DNA of 64,000 nt, taken from IMG/VR virus record IMGVR_UViG_3300005656_000005, positions 13,239-77,238 of that record; one strand, given 5' to 3'. The notes under the pieces were generated by a model. The model saw nothing but the letters and a program-made list of their open reading frames with translations, was not told the origin of the DNA and searched no databases. Within the stretch, counting starts at the first letter, position 1, and each line of letters starts with the position of its first letter. This document shows positions 9,593-19,947 of this stretch, one piece after another. A program made the position numbers and the translations under genes. This DNA is from a virus (Duplodnaviria > Caudoviricetes).

Positions 9593-10024
9593 TTACGCTG
9601 TAAATAACTTGTTTGGTTGTTTATTATTCTCTACCCCGCTTAACTTTAATAACCGTTGTCTTTTTTCTTCCATTACTTCATTAAGATTTTTTACCATTAA
9701 GTTGTAACTCATTTTTATGGTTTCGATCTTAGCTGTTTTTGCAAGTGCCTCAAACAAATCTTTATACAGATCAGATAACGGTACTGCTGATATTTGATTA
9801 AGCACAAGTGCTACTTCCATGTTGGTTAAATCTTCCACTTTGGTCTTAGCCAGTTTCTTTATTACATCTGCCGGTATTCTGTGTGATGCCGGGGCAAGTC
9901 TGAATATTGCCTTTTTAAATATTTCCATTATGTCATTGGGTAGTTTATCCCCTTCGTAAACTGCATCATTCCATTTTTTAAATTCCAAATCAATTTGCTG
10001 ATTAATTTCTGTTTCTGTTGTCAT
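9593..10024 (-). CDS. Hypothetical helical protein
   Basis: 143-aa ORF in operon order. Confidence 0.55.
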   Translation of the reverse strand: MTTETEINQQIDLEFKKWNDAVYEGDKLPNDIMEIFKKAIFRLAPASHRIPADVIKKLAKTKVEDLTNMEVALVLNQISAVPLSDLYKDLFEALAKTAKIETIKMSYNLMVKNLNEVMEEKRQRLLKLSGVENNKQPNKLFTA

Positions 10025-10053
10025 GTCGTTTCGTTTTTATTTTAAATTTGAAA

Positions 10054-10194
10054 TTACTTCTTTTTAGCCGATACTTTTTTAGGTAGCTTCCCTTTGGTTA
10101 CTGACTGCCATTTATTGCAATCCCAACTTCCATTCTTCCCTTTGGCTTTAAGGGAGAAACAAAGTCGTTGCTGTGATTTTGAAACAAAAGGCAT
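10054..10194 (-). CDS. Small basic protein (46 aa), below the ORF-track cutoff
   Basis: MPFVSKSQQRLCFSLKAKGKNGSWDCNKWQSVTKGKLPKKVSAKKK*; fills the gap between 10242 and 10024; MPF.SK.Q.R...W..T...LP pattern recalled from small phage proteins. Confidence 0.7.
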   Translation of the reverse strand: MPFVSKSQQRLCFSLKAKGKNGSWDCNKWQSVTKGKLPKKVSAKKK

Positions 10195-10241
10195 TTCGTT
10201 TAATTTTAAAAGTTACCAATTATCTTTCTTTGAAAACCTGT

Positions 10242-13200
10242 TTACTTTTTATTCAAATCATACGTTTGCGTACCAACGCCAAAAATAGAAGTAACGCCAA
10301 CTGTAAATATTGCTTTAACCCCCTGATCTTTTATTGCTTCCATTAGTCCGGTAAATACCAATGGAGTTAAATGTTCTTTTAAGTATCTATCTACGCTTAC
10401 CTCTTTATCATCTTCCTTTGCTCCCCAATTCATTACTACTTTATCGCCAATTGTTGTTCTACCTGAAAACATATCAATTGCCATTGCCGGTACAGGTGCT
10501 AACTTGCCTCTGGCAAAACTTAAGATAATATCAGCCCTTGTTTTTCCAAATGGCCCTTCTCCTGTTAGGTCAAATATTTTTCCGCTATTTGCTGATTTTC
10601 GTTGTCCACTTATTGCTTGGGCTGCTACTCTTACATATTGCTGAAATCCACCCCAAATATCCCATCTTGTATTGCCTTGTTTTATCTTTCCAAAATCGGA
10701 ACTTCTTGGGTCTGTTTCTACCGTTATTTTATCTTCATCATCATCTTCACCACCGGCAAAAGAAAATAATCCTAAAACTAACATCCCTAATCCTATAAAC
10801 TTACCCATATCTTTAAAATACGCCTCACGAACTTCTTTAGGAACTGTTTTATAAAATCTTGGTTGTGCCAAATAAGTAAGCATATTTAATCTTGATGCAA
10901 TTAATCTGGGTGAGAAGAATAATGAATTAAGAAGCGGTGCAATTTTATTTAATTTTTCACCTACATTACCCCTGCCTGTGGAATTGTTTACGTAGTCAGC
11001 CATTTGCTTATATTGTTCTGGACTGTTTTCAAATGTCAAACCTCTTTCCTGCATTGCATCTGCAAATCTATTAAACACATCAACTCTCATTTTATTTAAG
11101 AACATAGAATAGGAGCGTTCACTACCTTTTACAAGATTAGTTCCAGGAATTTTAACTTTCCCGATATTCAACGTCTTGCCGATTATAGGTATTTTTTCTG
11201 CAAGGCTACTCATAAATCCTTCCTCCCTTGCACTAAGTAATGGATTAGTACTGTCTGTTATTCCTAAACCTGATTCTTCCATTAATGCAAAACGTGGAGT
11301 TTCTTTTAAATCAAAAAACCACCTGTCATACATTTTTTGCGATACCCCTGCTTTTATCATATCGGCTGCTGCACCACCTAATTTTATTTTACCGTCTTGC
11401 ATCCCTACATTAAATACTAATGATGGATGTGAAATAGTTTGCACTATACCTTGTCTTAGCATTGCTGAATAATCAACTATGGTCATTAATGTACGTGGTA
11501 TATTGAATATTTCTGCTACCCCTTTTTGCGCCTTTTCCCAATTTGATAAATTTTGTTGTTGTTGTTTTATTATTCTTAACTGCCTATCCATTTTTAACTT
11601 TACCATTTTATCCTTTAAGTCCAATGCTTCTTTATCAAGTTTAATTGGGTCTTTTTTAATTGGTATGTCAAAGTTTCCAGTAGCTAAATCATTTTCAAGT
11701 TCCTTTATCTTATTAGCAGTTCTTGTTTTAAATGTTTGCAAAGCAATTTCTTCTGGTGTTTTCTTCCCTAATTCACGAATACGTTCTTTTTGCTCTTGTG
11801 TTGCTTTTTTTAATCGTTCTTTTTCAATTTTACTTTGCTCTTTTTCAAATTCTCTAATAAGCCGTTCTTCCTCTTTTTGTGCTTCCTTTATTTTATTTGC
11901 AGCCTCCCGTTTTTCATTTCCGAACTCTTTTATTTTATTACGTAGGCTTTCTATTTCTTGATTTCTTTTTATTTTCTGTCTTTCATTAGTTGGTTCTATC
12001 CCATTAATTAAATTTGAAAGTCTTGTAATTAATTTTGCTTCCTCCCTTAAATCAAAAATAGCGGCTGAAATTTCATTCCTTGTTTTTCTTTTCCCATTAT
12101 AATTACCGGCAATAATATCATGTACATCTTGTTCTGTTATTTGCGGGATATACGCCTGTAATTCTTGCTGAATATTTGTTATAATATCCCCTAATTTTGA
12201 AATACCTTCTTCTACATAACTTTTCATTAATCTGGTTACGTCTGGAGCAATAGCAAATAATTCTTTAGCGTATGGAATTGGGGTAACATTAAATTCACCT
12301 CTTGCTTTTTTAAGTTTTTCGCTAATACTTTCTTCAATCTTTTTTCTTTCAGCTACATAATCATCATGTGTCTTTTTTGTTTTCTTTGAAGATATTTTTG
12401 TCTTTTTTACTACTTCTATAGATTCCTTTTTTGTATCATCTGATTCTAATTTAGAAATCTTTTCATTATATGCTGCTTCTGCTGCTTTAATTTCCTCATA
12501 CTCTTTTATTACCTGTTCTTTTTGTTTTTCGGTAAGTGGTGCATTTTGGTTAAGTTCAATTTCCTGCACAAGCATCCCTGCCATACTATCATCAACTGGA
12601 ATTAACCCTTTTCTTGCAACTAAACTCTTAGCTACTTCCCTACCACCCATTATATCACTAAGGTCTTTGGCTTCTTTGTATTCATTAAGTAATTCATTGG
12701 TAGGAGAAACATTAATCCTGGCTTTAAGGGAGGCTAAATAACGCATCATCATCCTTTGGTCATACTTATCTGCCTCTACGCCACTTTTTAACTTATTAAG
12801 CATCTTAGAAATAGCCTGTGTATCTTCTTTTATCCGCTTGTCAACCTCGGCATCCCATTCCGCCATAGTTTCTGGTTTTGTATCATAGGTAGGCAATCCT
12901 AATTCTGCGGCAACCGCATCCGTTTCGGCATGAGTAATTCCGGTTAATTCTCCCTCACCTTCTACTGGTTCTCTTTTGGGTTTAGCCTCCTTTGGTTTTG
13001 GCTGCTCCTGTTCTTCATCTCTTAAAATATCTGCTGCTGCACGTTTAGTAAATTCATCAAAGGTTAGGTTCTGTAATTCTGCTGCTGTAATATCCTTAAA
13101 CCCTGCGGCTGCTTTTATTTTATTCCAAAGGTTATTTAACCACTCTTTGAAATCTTTTTTTCTTGTTTCTCCTACAAACTGCGCTCCCTTATCTCCTATT

Positions 13201-16200
13201 GCCATTGCAAGGGCTTCATGCTTCATGTAATCACTGTATTCTTTGCTTCCTTCGCTACCAAGTTTTGATGCCTCTGCTTTATAAAATTCATTGTTTCTTA
13301 CTTCTTTAAGGTACTTTGAATTTTCGGTTAGTTGCATACCCCTGTTATATACTTCGGTATTATTCAGTTTTGCCCATTCAGTCCATATATGGCTTGCTTC
13401 GTGTATCGGTGTGTTAGTGTTAATTTCTGCCCCGTTCAAATAAATTTTCCCATCATGCGAAAAACCCAAAATTTTCCCATCAGGCGACTTCATAAACATC
13501 GGCAACCCCGTTTCAACCTGTTCTTTCATTTCTGGTGTTATATCTACTGAATGTTGAGTGGATTCATTTATTTCACCAGTTTTAGTTTGTGTATCTATGG
13601 CAGCACTTTTAAACTCTGCAATAGCTTCGGAAGCGGAATTACCACCAACAGCCATCATAAATCCACTTGGGTCTTTTACAATCCAATCTCCTTTTTCTAC
13701 AACATCTTCTCCAGGCATACCAGAAATATCCTGTGTCCCATCATATTGAAATGCAGTTAAATTTTCATTCTTCCCTTTATTTATTGTTACTGTTTTCGGT
13801 TCCTGCTTAAACAAACTCTTTGCTACGTTACCTACTATGCCTAATTTATTTTTTGCAGGATTACCGTAAAAGCCTGTCATGCCTTCACCACCTACTTTTA
13901 AATCATTGCCTTGAAATTTAGCCGCATATTTTGCTGACATAACCTTCTCTGCCATATCCTTGCCTATAACTTCTGACAAAGGTTTTCCATAATATACCTC
14001 TGGGCTTACTCCCGGACTTTTTTGTTGTGCTACTTTACCTGTCGCTTTATCAACAGTTAATGCGTGTATTCCACCTGCTTTTAAGCTGATAGTTATATCA
14101 ATGGTATTATCTTCCTCATTTACTCTATTTTCTGCATGACGTTGAATGTAGTCAACCTGTTTTGAAAGGTCGTAGCGTTCTGCCTGTTGTTCTCCAGTAG
14201 TCCATGCTATTTTATCAGCACCTTGTTTTACTGCTTCTTTCAATGCTACTTTAAAGGCAAGTTTAGTCCATGCGTTTGTATCGGTTACGAATGGAGCAGA
14301 TGGAATTAATGTAGTTTTTGAATTATTACTCATGTAGTCATTAACCATCCCTTGTGCTTCTTCTTTAGTCTTAGCTAACAATCCCCACGTATCGCCCTGT
14401 GCATCATATATCTGAAATCCACCCCTCTCTGGTACAATTTTAAAATTACCACCTTTGTCAAACCCCTTCTTTCTGCCAACCTCACCCCAATCACTTTGCA
14501 GTTCTTCGATGAACAAAACTTTTTTACCTTCTGCATCTAACCGGGTATTCATTCTTACATGGGCAAGTATGTTGGGTTCTGACCAGTGATTAGATTTGAA
14601 TACACGATCTCCAATTTGCTGCGGAATCCCTTTATATCGTTCTTTATCTTTTTCAAATGACTTCTTAACTAATGTAAGAGCAGCATCCGAAAGATCTTCA
14701 AGTTCTGTTAAGTAATTACCACGCCTCTTTTCATCGGCATACCATCTTTCAAATGACATTGAACTTACTTCAATAGCTTTTTCCGGCATTGTAATCAATA
14801 CCTCTTTGTAGTTTGTTTTTTCACCTGGTAGTTGATAGCCTGAATACTTTGGATCGCTTTCATCATTTGATCTCCCCCCGTCTGATATTTCAGATATTTC
14901 ATAATGCTGTTCAGCTAATTCTTTAACCCTGGCTGGCAATGCTTCATATTCGGCATCATCATAAATATCTTCACCTTTTTTATTTTGAACGAACCAATCA
15001 CCAGACATATCCGCACTCATTCCATAACCAAGAGAACGCAGTTCGTTTCTAATATCTTCAAGTTTTTCAGCATTTGATTTTTCATCACCAATCTTTCCCC
15101 CTTTTACTACTTCAACTACTTCAATACGGTTTTCTTTCAAAAACTTTTGAATATCAGATTTTGATACAGAACCTGTTTGTGAATTTAGCCAATCGGTTAA
15201 CCCAGTCCACTTAGCTTCTTCTCCTTTGAATTTATCTGCCCATTGTTTTGCAGGTAGTTTATCACCTTTAAATTCGTTAATAGTTTTTTCCAGTGGTGAG
15301 TAAAATCCGTTCACCACATCTACATCAACACGCTTAACTGTTGCTTTTTTACCATTGGGCATTGTCATTTGAAAACTTGCACTATCTCCATCCTTAACCA
15401 CACTATCATACTTCTGCATTAATGCTTTTTCATCTTTAGCAATAAATACTTTACTTGCTGCTGTACCTCCAAATAAACGGGATAGGAATTTACCTACTCT
15501 ACCAATTACACCACCTGTTACTTCAATGGGTGTGCTTTCTTTTGTTTTGTAAAATTCATTGTAAGCCTTTTCTACAAGGTCTTTCATTTCTTGGGAGTTA
15601 TCACCCAGTTCTTTTGCTACATCGTTCTGTATGTCCTGTAATGATGCTGTACCTTCATCCACATAGTCTTTTACAATATCCTTCATGTCGGATATTTCCT
15701 GTGTGGTTGGTGATTGAATTGAAAATAGGGATTGTTGGGCTTTGTCGCCTTGTATTAAATCTTTTTCACGTAAAAGGTGCTTGGCTAATTTATCATTTAC
15801 AGATGCCAGTTCACCACGTTTTGTTTCAAGTTGTTTTTGGTAAGCATCTTTAACTCCATTTACATTATTTTCAAAATCTAATGCAGCTTTATCAACAGCT
15901 TCTTTGGTGTTCTCTCCTTTTATAAGTGACCGAATGGCTTTGTCTTTAAGTCCTGTCCATCCAGTTTTTTTACTTGGGTTAACTGCCAGTTTTAATTCTG
16001 TCTGTTGTTCTTCAATTTCCCTTAATTCTTTTTCCCACTGAATACGGTTTGCACTTTTATTTACTACCCTATCAAGATTTAATGGTTCTTCCGGGGTGAA
16101 CTTTGCATTGTTGATACTACGGTTTAAAGTGTTTGAGGCATTGGCTAAATCTTTATCTGTTGGGATATTCTTTTTATCCGCAGCCATAAACTCAAACAAT

Positions 16201-17249
16201 TCATTTTCGTGAGCATTGGTTAGGTGGTCATTCTTTGCTCTTATATCCCCGATCTTGGTGGCAATGTTTAAAATGTTATTCTTGGTATCTCCTTCGCCTT
16301 TATCTAAGGCTTCAAGGGCTTGCATGGCTTTACCATTTGGATTAAGGTGTGCAATACTTACAATCCTTTTTGCACTGCCTTCCTGTTCGTTTTCTTTGGC
16401 TTCTTTTAGTACTGCATTATAGCTTTCTCCAGCCAGTAATTTTTTACGGTAATAGGCTGCATTTTCAATATCGGTTTGCAGTGTACCTAACTTATTTGAT
16501 TTAAGTGAAAAATCAATAGCTTCCTGTGGTGTGCCTTCAAAATAAGTTGCAGGAATTGTAGTTGCCTTTCTACGCTTCATCCCTTCCAAACGGCTATGTC
16601 CACTTAAAACATAGGTGTTCCCATCTGGATGCTTATAAACTACTATCGGCTGTAATTTATTTTTGTCAAAATTCTCTGCAACATTGTTGGCACTACGTTC
16701 TGAAAACTTATTTTTCCTTCCCTGGTATTCCTGTTCATTAGTTTTTATTTCTGAAATAGGCACATTAACTACTTCAATGGCAGCATTTATTAATTCGTTG
16801 GCTTGGTCTATTGCACCTTCGATTTCCTTGCTGCCAATTCCTGCTGCAACTTCTGATTGCTGTTCAATAGCCTTGACATTTGGCTCTTGCTCAATGTTAT
16901 CTTCTTTGGTGAGTTTGGCGACTGCGATTTTATTTTCGGCAGGATCTTCCGCAATAATGAGTTCATCTTCCGATATTTTAGTGTTTTTAATAATGTTATT
17001 ATACCTATCTGTTATCTCTTTTACTTTTTCGGAAGTGTCGGGAGAAACGTATTCAGTTGGTTTAAATTTTTTAGGGTCTGGGCTTATGCTTTTTTTAAAA
17101 TCCTGTAACTCTTTAAACAATACTTCATGTGCTTTTATTGCAGCCTGAATAGCTTTTTCTTTACCGCCTTCTTTCGATAAATCTATCCCCTCAAAATATT
17201 TTTCAAGTTGTGAATCACCCTTTATATGAAGTTCTATACAGTCTGCCAT
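10242..17249 (-). CDS. Giant polyvalent internal-virion protein (ParB-like domain, uncharacterised central domain, HExxH metallopeptidase-like domain, helical C-terminus)
   Basis: 2335 aa; LQPIVVY...YVLSGHSRL (ParB/Srx), NGFYSPLE...VLFIEELQSDW...HSVDITPEMK block, TPIHEASHIW (HExxH), C-terminal SSDFGKIKQGNTRWDIWGG. Confidence 0.72.
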   Translation of the reverse strand: MADCIELHIKGDSQLEKYFEGIDLSKEGGKEKAIQAAIKAHEVLFKELQDFKKSISPDPKKFKPTEYVSPDTSEKVKEITDRYNNIIKNTKISEDELIIAEDPAENKIAVAKLTKEDNIEQEPNVKAIEQQSEVAAGIGSKEIEGAIDQANELINAAIEVVNVPISEIKTNEQEYQGRKNKFSERSANNVAENFDKNKLQPIVVYKHPDGNTYVLSGHSRLEGMKRRKATTIPATYFEGTPQEAIDFSLKSNKLGTLQTDIENAAYYRKKLLAGESYNAVLKEAKENEQEGSAKRIVSIAHLNPNGKAMQALEALDKGEGDTKNNILNIATKIGDIRAKNDHLTNAHENELFEFMAADKKNIPTDKDLANASNTLNRSINNAKFTPEEPLNLDRVVNKSANRIQWEKELREIEEQQTELKLAVNPSKKTGWTGLKDKAIRSLIKGENTKEAVDKAALDFENNVNGVKDAYQKQLETKRGELASVNDKLAKHLLREKDLIQGDKAQQSLFSIQSPTTQEISDMKDIVKDYVDEGTASLQDIQNDVAKELGDNSQEMKDLVEKAYNEFYKTKESTPIEVTGGVIGRVGKFLSRLFGGTAASKVFIAKDEKALMQKYDSVVKDGDSASFQMTMPNGKKATVKRVDVDVVNGFYSPLEKTINEFKGDKLPAKQWADKFKGEEAKWTGLTDWLNSQTGSVSKSDIQKFLKENRIEVVEVVKGGKIGDEKSNAEKLEDIRNELRSLGYGMSADMSGDWFVQNKKGEDIYDDAEYEALPARVKELAEQHYEISEISDGGRSNDESDPKYSGYQLPGEKTNYKEVLITMPEKAIEVSSMSFERWYADEKRRGNYLTELEDLSDAALTLVKKSFEKDKERYKGIPQQIGDRVFKSNHWSEPNILAHVRMNTRLDAEGKKVLFIEELQSDWGEVGRKKGFDKGGNFKIVPERGGFQIYDAQGDTWGLLAKTKEEAQGMVNDYMSNNSKTTLIPSAPFVTDTNAWTKLAFKVALKEAVKQGADKIAWTTGEQQAERYDLSKQVDYIQRHAENRVNEEDNTIDITISLKAGGIHALTVDKATGKVAQQKSPGVSPEVYYGKPLSEVIGKDMAEKVMSAKYAAKFQGNDLKVGGEGMTGFYGNPAKNKLGIVGNVAKSLFKQEPKTVTINKGKNENLTAFQYDGTQDISGMPGEDVVEKGDWIVKDPSGFMMAVGGNSASEAIAEFKSAAIDTQTKTGEINESTQHSVDITPEMKEQVETGLPMFMKSPDGKILGFSHDGKIYLNGAEINTNTPIHEASHIWTEWAKLNNTEVYNRGMQLTENSKYLKEVRNNEFYKAEASKLGSEGSKEYSDYMKHEALAMAIGDKGAQFVGETRKKDFKEWLNNLWNKIKAAAGFKDITAAELQNLTFDEFTKRAAADILRDEEQEQPKPKEAKPKREPVEGEGELTGITHAETDAVAAELGLPTYDTKPETMAEWDAEVDKRIKEDTQAISKMLNKLKSGVEADKYDQRMMMRYLASLKARINVSPTNELLNEYKEAKDLSDIMGGREVAKSLVARKGLIPVDDSMAGMLVQEIELNQNAPLTEKQKEQVIKEYEEIKAAEAAYNEKISKLESDDTKKESIEVVKKTKISSKKTKKTHDDYVAERKKIEESISEKLKKARGEFNVTPIPYAKELFAIAPDVTRLMKSYVEEGISKLGDIITNIQQELQAYIPQITEQDVHDIIAGNYNGKRKTRNEISAAIFDLREEAKLITRLSNLINGIEPTNERQKIKRNQEIESLRNKIKEFGNEKREAANKIKEAQKEEERLIREFEKEQSKIEKERLKKATQEQKERIRELGKKTPEEIALQTFKTRTANKIKELENDLATGNFDIPIKKDPIKLDKEALDLKDKMVKLKMDRQLRIIKQQQQNLSNWEKAQKGVAEIFNIPRTLMTIVDYSAMLRQGIVQTISHPSLVFNVGMQDGKIKLGGAAADMIKAGVSQKMYDRWFFDLKETPRFALMEESGLGITDSTNPLLSAREEGFMSSLAEKIPIIGKTLNIGKVKIPGTNLVKGSERSYSMFLNKMRVDVFNRFADAMQERGLTFENSPEQYKQMADYVNNSTGRGNVGEKLNKIAPLLNSLFFSPRLIASRLNMLTYLAQPRFYKTVPKEVREAYFKDMGKFIGLGMLVLGLFSFAGGEDDDEDKITVETDPRSSDFGKIKQGNTRWDIWGGFQQYVRVAAQAISGQRKSANSGKIFDLTGEGPFGKTRADIILSFARGKLAPVPAMAIDMFSGRTTIGDKVVMNWGAKEDDKEVSVDRYLKEHLTPLVFTGLMEAIKDQGVKAIFTVGVTSIFGVGTQTYDLNKK

Positions 17250-17251
17250 TT

Positions 17252-18112
17252 CTAAATTATAAAGTGTTTTAAAGTTAGTTCTACTATCGCCACTATATCA
17301 CTATCTTCTGCTAATATACGCTCTCTTTGTTGACGTTGCTTTTTTTCTGCATCATATTGACTTTGATTTACTCCTAACCCACCACTTCCACTTGTTGAAC
17401 CTCCAGGTGGTGTTGGTGTAACTATTATATCATCAATAAGGGTTAGGTTATCTTCTATTTCCAACCCAATCTCCTTAACCAACAAATCAGTTAATATCAA
17501 AGAATCTGTTTTACTCAACCCGATCTGATTACTTATTTCATCAGAAAGGGTAATGGCATCGGATAATGATATAGCAAACTGTCTTGCTACATTTATCACA
17601 TCCATTAATACTATCGTATCATCAATGTTAAGTTCAAAACGCTTAACGATAGCATCTGTCAATGAAACTGTATCACTCTGGCTTAGTGTAACAGTTTTTG
17701 CAATGGCATCTGAAAGCGTTACGGTATCTGTCTTGGATAACCCGATATTTTTAATAACTGAATCAGCAAGCGTAACTGAATCCGATTTACTTAACCCGGT
17801 TTCCTTTGCAATAGCATCACTTAATGTTACTATGTCCGATTTTGAAAGAACTATTTGTTTTGCTATATCATCTGATAGCGTAACAGCATCACCTAAACTT
17901 ATATTGTATGTCGTTCCACCCCCCCCTGCAAGTTCAAAGTTTATATCAGGGAAAACAGGCTGTGTATAAACCGATAACGCAAAATCAACAGAACTTAAAA
18001 CAGGTTGAGTATATACCGTTAAAGCAGATTCATAAGGGGATATATCCGGTTGCGTATAAGCGGATAAATCAAAATCTACTGCGTTTAACGCTGGTGGTAT
18101 ATATTCTGCCAC
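17252..18112 (-). CDS. Repeat-containing virion accessory/fibre-like protein
   Basis: About 8-9 x 18-aa repeats LSKSDxVTLSDAIAKxxG plus 3 N-terminal (V/Y)xxxL(S/T)xYTQP repeats. Confidence 0.6.
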   Translation of the reverse strand: MAEYIPPALNAVDFDLSAYTQPDISPYESALTVYTQPVLSSVDFALSVYTQPVFPDINFELAGGGGTTYNISLGDAVTLSDDIAKQIVLSKSDIVTLSDAIAKETGLSKSDSVTLADSVIKNIGLSKTDTVTLSDAIAKTVTLSQSDTVSLTDAIVKRFELNIDDTIVLMDVINVARQFAISLSDAITLSDEISNQIGLSKTDSLILTDLLVKEIGLEIEDNLTLIDDIIVTPTPPGGSTSGSGGLGVNQSQYDAEKKQRQQRERILAEDSDIVAIVELTLKHFII

Positions 18113-18113
18113 A

Positions 18114-18890
18114 TTATTCTAAATAAGGACTTCCCGGTGCTGTATAATAGGTTGCCCCTGATTTATACTGCACAAAAGCCGCCCCGACTTTACCTGTTTT
18201 AATTGTTGATGCCCATGTTCCACCTGCTCCTGTTACTATTTTTTCAACTAATACTTGATTAGTCATTAATTCATCATCTGCCTCAACCACTGTTACTATT
18301 GCACCGGCAACTGGAACGGCACTTAATGTTACTGTACCACTTATTGCAAAAGTAGCAATTTCATCTTCTTCCCACATAAACTCTGTGAACCAATTAGAAC
18401 TTAGTGCTGCGTTACTTGCCACCGATGCTCCAACAACTTGCACAAGAATTGATTCTCCCGGTCTGATAATAAAGTCGTGATTTTCAACAAGCAATGGGAG
18501 GATATTATTATCGGAAGCAATGACTTGCTCTACTATGGTGTGCATCCGACTGCAATACTGTTGCCATATAATATCACCTGCCGTTGCGGTTATTGGCTGT
18601 CCATCAATTATCGCTGTCCTTATTTCTACTGAATCACTTGATGATTGTGTTGTTTGCCATGCCGTTTTACTTAAAATCGCACCACCACTAATTGATGTTG
18701 CACGGCTAAGTTTCACCTGTGGCATAACCGAAGTTAAAGCAGCCAAAGTATCTATTTGGGCTGTTGCTCTCCTGATAATAATATTCACTCTTGAACCTAT
18801 CTTATTGGTGATAGTACATAGGTTTTGTGTAGTGCTATTATTACCAATCGTGGTAGCTGACGGTATGCTTCCTTTAAATGATATTGCCAT
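18114..18890 (-). CDS. Virion accessory protein, paralog of 18900-19433 with extra C-terminal Ig-like domain
   Basis: Shares QNL.TI.N...RR.T.Q.D....SVMPQVKLSRAT...WQQYC.RMHT.V.QV with the neighbour; C-terminal FAISGTVTLS..PVAGAIV. Confidence 0.6.
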   Translation of the reverse strand: MAISFKGSIPSATTIGNNSTTQNLCTITNKIGSRVNIIIRRATAQIDTLAALTSVMPQVKLSRATSISGGAILSKTAWQTTQSSSDSVEIRTAIIDGQPITATAGDIIWQQYCSRMHTIVEQVIASDNNILPLLVENHDFIIRPGESILVQVVGASVASNAALSSNWFTEFMWEEDEIATFAISGTVTLSAVPVAGAIVTVVEADDELMTNQVLVEKIVTGAGGTWASTIKTGKVGAAFVQYKSGATYYTAPGSPYLE

Positions 18891-18899
18891 GTCTTATTT

Positions 18900-19433
18900 T
18901 TAATCTTCTTCCCATACTATATTACAAAACCAATGATTCGTAGCAGGGTTAGAAGCACCTGCTGAAGCAACTATTTGTATAAGTAATGCCTGATTCTGTC
19001 GAAGAATAAGGTTTTGTGTTTCTACGATAAGCGGGGCTACATTGTTATCAGGAGCAAGCACCTGACCTACTACTGTGTGCATCCGCATACAATATTGCTG
19101 CCATAGCGTTGTACCTGCTGTTGATGTAATTGCTGTTGCAACGCCACCGTCAGAAGCAGTACCTCCCCGAATAATTGTATTTGCATTTGAAGCATTTGTG
19201 GTATCAAATTGCCCTTTTGAAATTACTGTGCCTCCTGTTGGAACGGCTGTTGCTCGTGAAAGTTTTACCTGTGGCATTACTGAAACGAGAACTGCGGTTG
19301 CATCCACCTGTACGGTAATTCGCCTGATTGTAACCAACTTTGTTGCATCAATGTTTTCAATAGTAAAAAGGTTCTGCGGTGTTGCCGCCGTACCTAATGT
19401 CCTGAATGATGCTGCTGTAAAATAACCTGCCAT
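18900..19433 (-). CDS. Virion accessory protein, paralog of 18114-18890
   Basis: Same shared motifs, ends WEED. Confidence 0.6.
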   Translation of the reverse strand: MAGYFTAASFRTLGTAATPQNLFTIENIDATKLVTIRRITVQVDATAVLVSVMPQVKLSRATAVPTGGTVISKGQFDTTNASNANTIIRGGTASDGGVATAITSTAGTTLWQQYCMRMHTVVGQVLAPDNNVAPLIVETQNLILRQNQALLIQIVASAGASNPATNHWFCNIVWEED

Positions 19434-19452
19434 AAATTTGTTTTTTTAAAAG

Positions 19453-19944
19453 TTAAGATACTGTTAAAGTCCAAGTAATTACGATACTGTCCACTGCTGT
19501 TTTATTCACCACTGCAAACGAAGCACTCATCCACATATTTACGGTATTGGCTGTTACAACATCAAATGTTCCGGCTTCGGTTATTGCACCTGTACCAACA
19601 CCTGCGCCAAATGTAGCCACCACTGTTACCACTGCCGCAGGTGCAGTTTTTGAATCAAAAGCTACTCTGGCAACCTCTGCCCCCAGTAAAGTAGCAGCGG
19701 GAGAGCCTGTGCCAATAGCCATCCATCCCATTTTTGGAAGGGTAGGTGCTGCCAATATCTGATTAGCAACGCCATTCTTTCCGGCTGTTGTTACTGTGTT
19801 TTTTATAAACCTTTCATCTTTAAGTTTCCAGTTTTCATCAAATAGCTGAACGTGCATATTCGCATAAATACCTAAAGCAGATGCCATTCCTTTGGTAACA
19901 CCCATTGAAATTTCATCTGTTAGTTTTGCATTTGACTTTATCAT
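19453..19944 (-). CDS. Tail-fibre-base/attachment-like protein
   Basis: NTVTTAGKN...MAIGTG....LGAEVAR...VATFGAGVGTGAITEAG pattern typical of fibre N-terminal attachment modules. Confidence 0.6.
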   Translation of the reverse strand: MIKSNAKLTDEISMGVTKGMASALGIYANMHVQLFDENWKLKDERFIKNTVTTAGKNGVANQILAAPTLPKMGWMAIGTGSPAATLLGAEVARVAFDSKTAPAAVVTVVATFGAGVGTGAITEAGTFDVVTANTVNMWMSASFAVVNKTAVDSIVITWTLTVS

Positions 19945-19947
19945 AAC

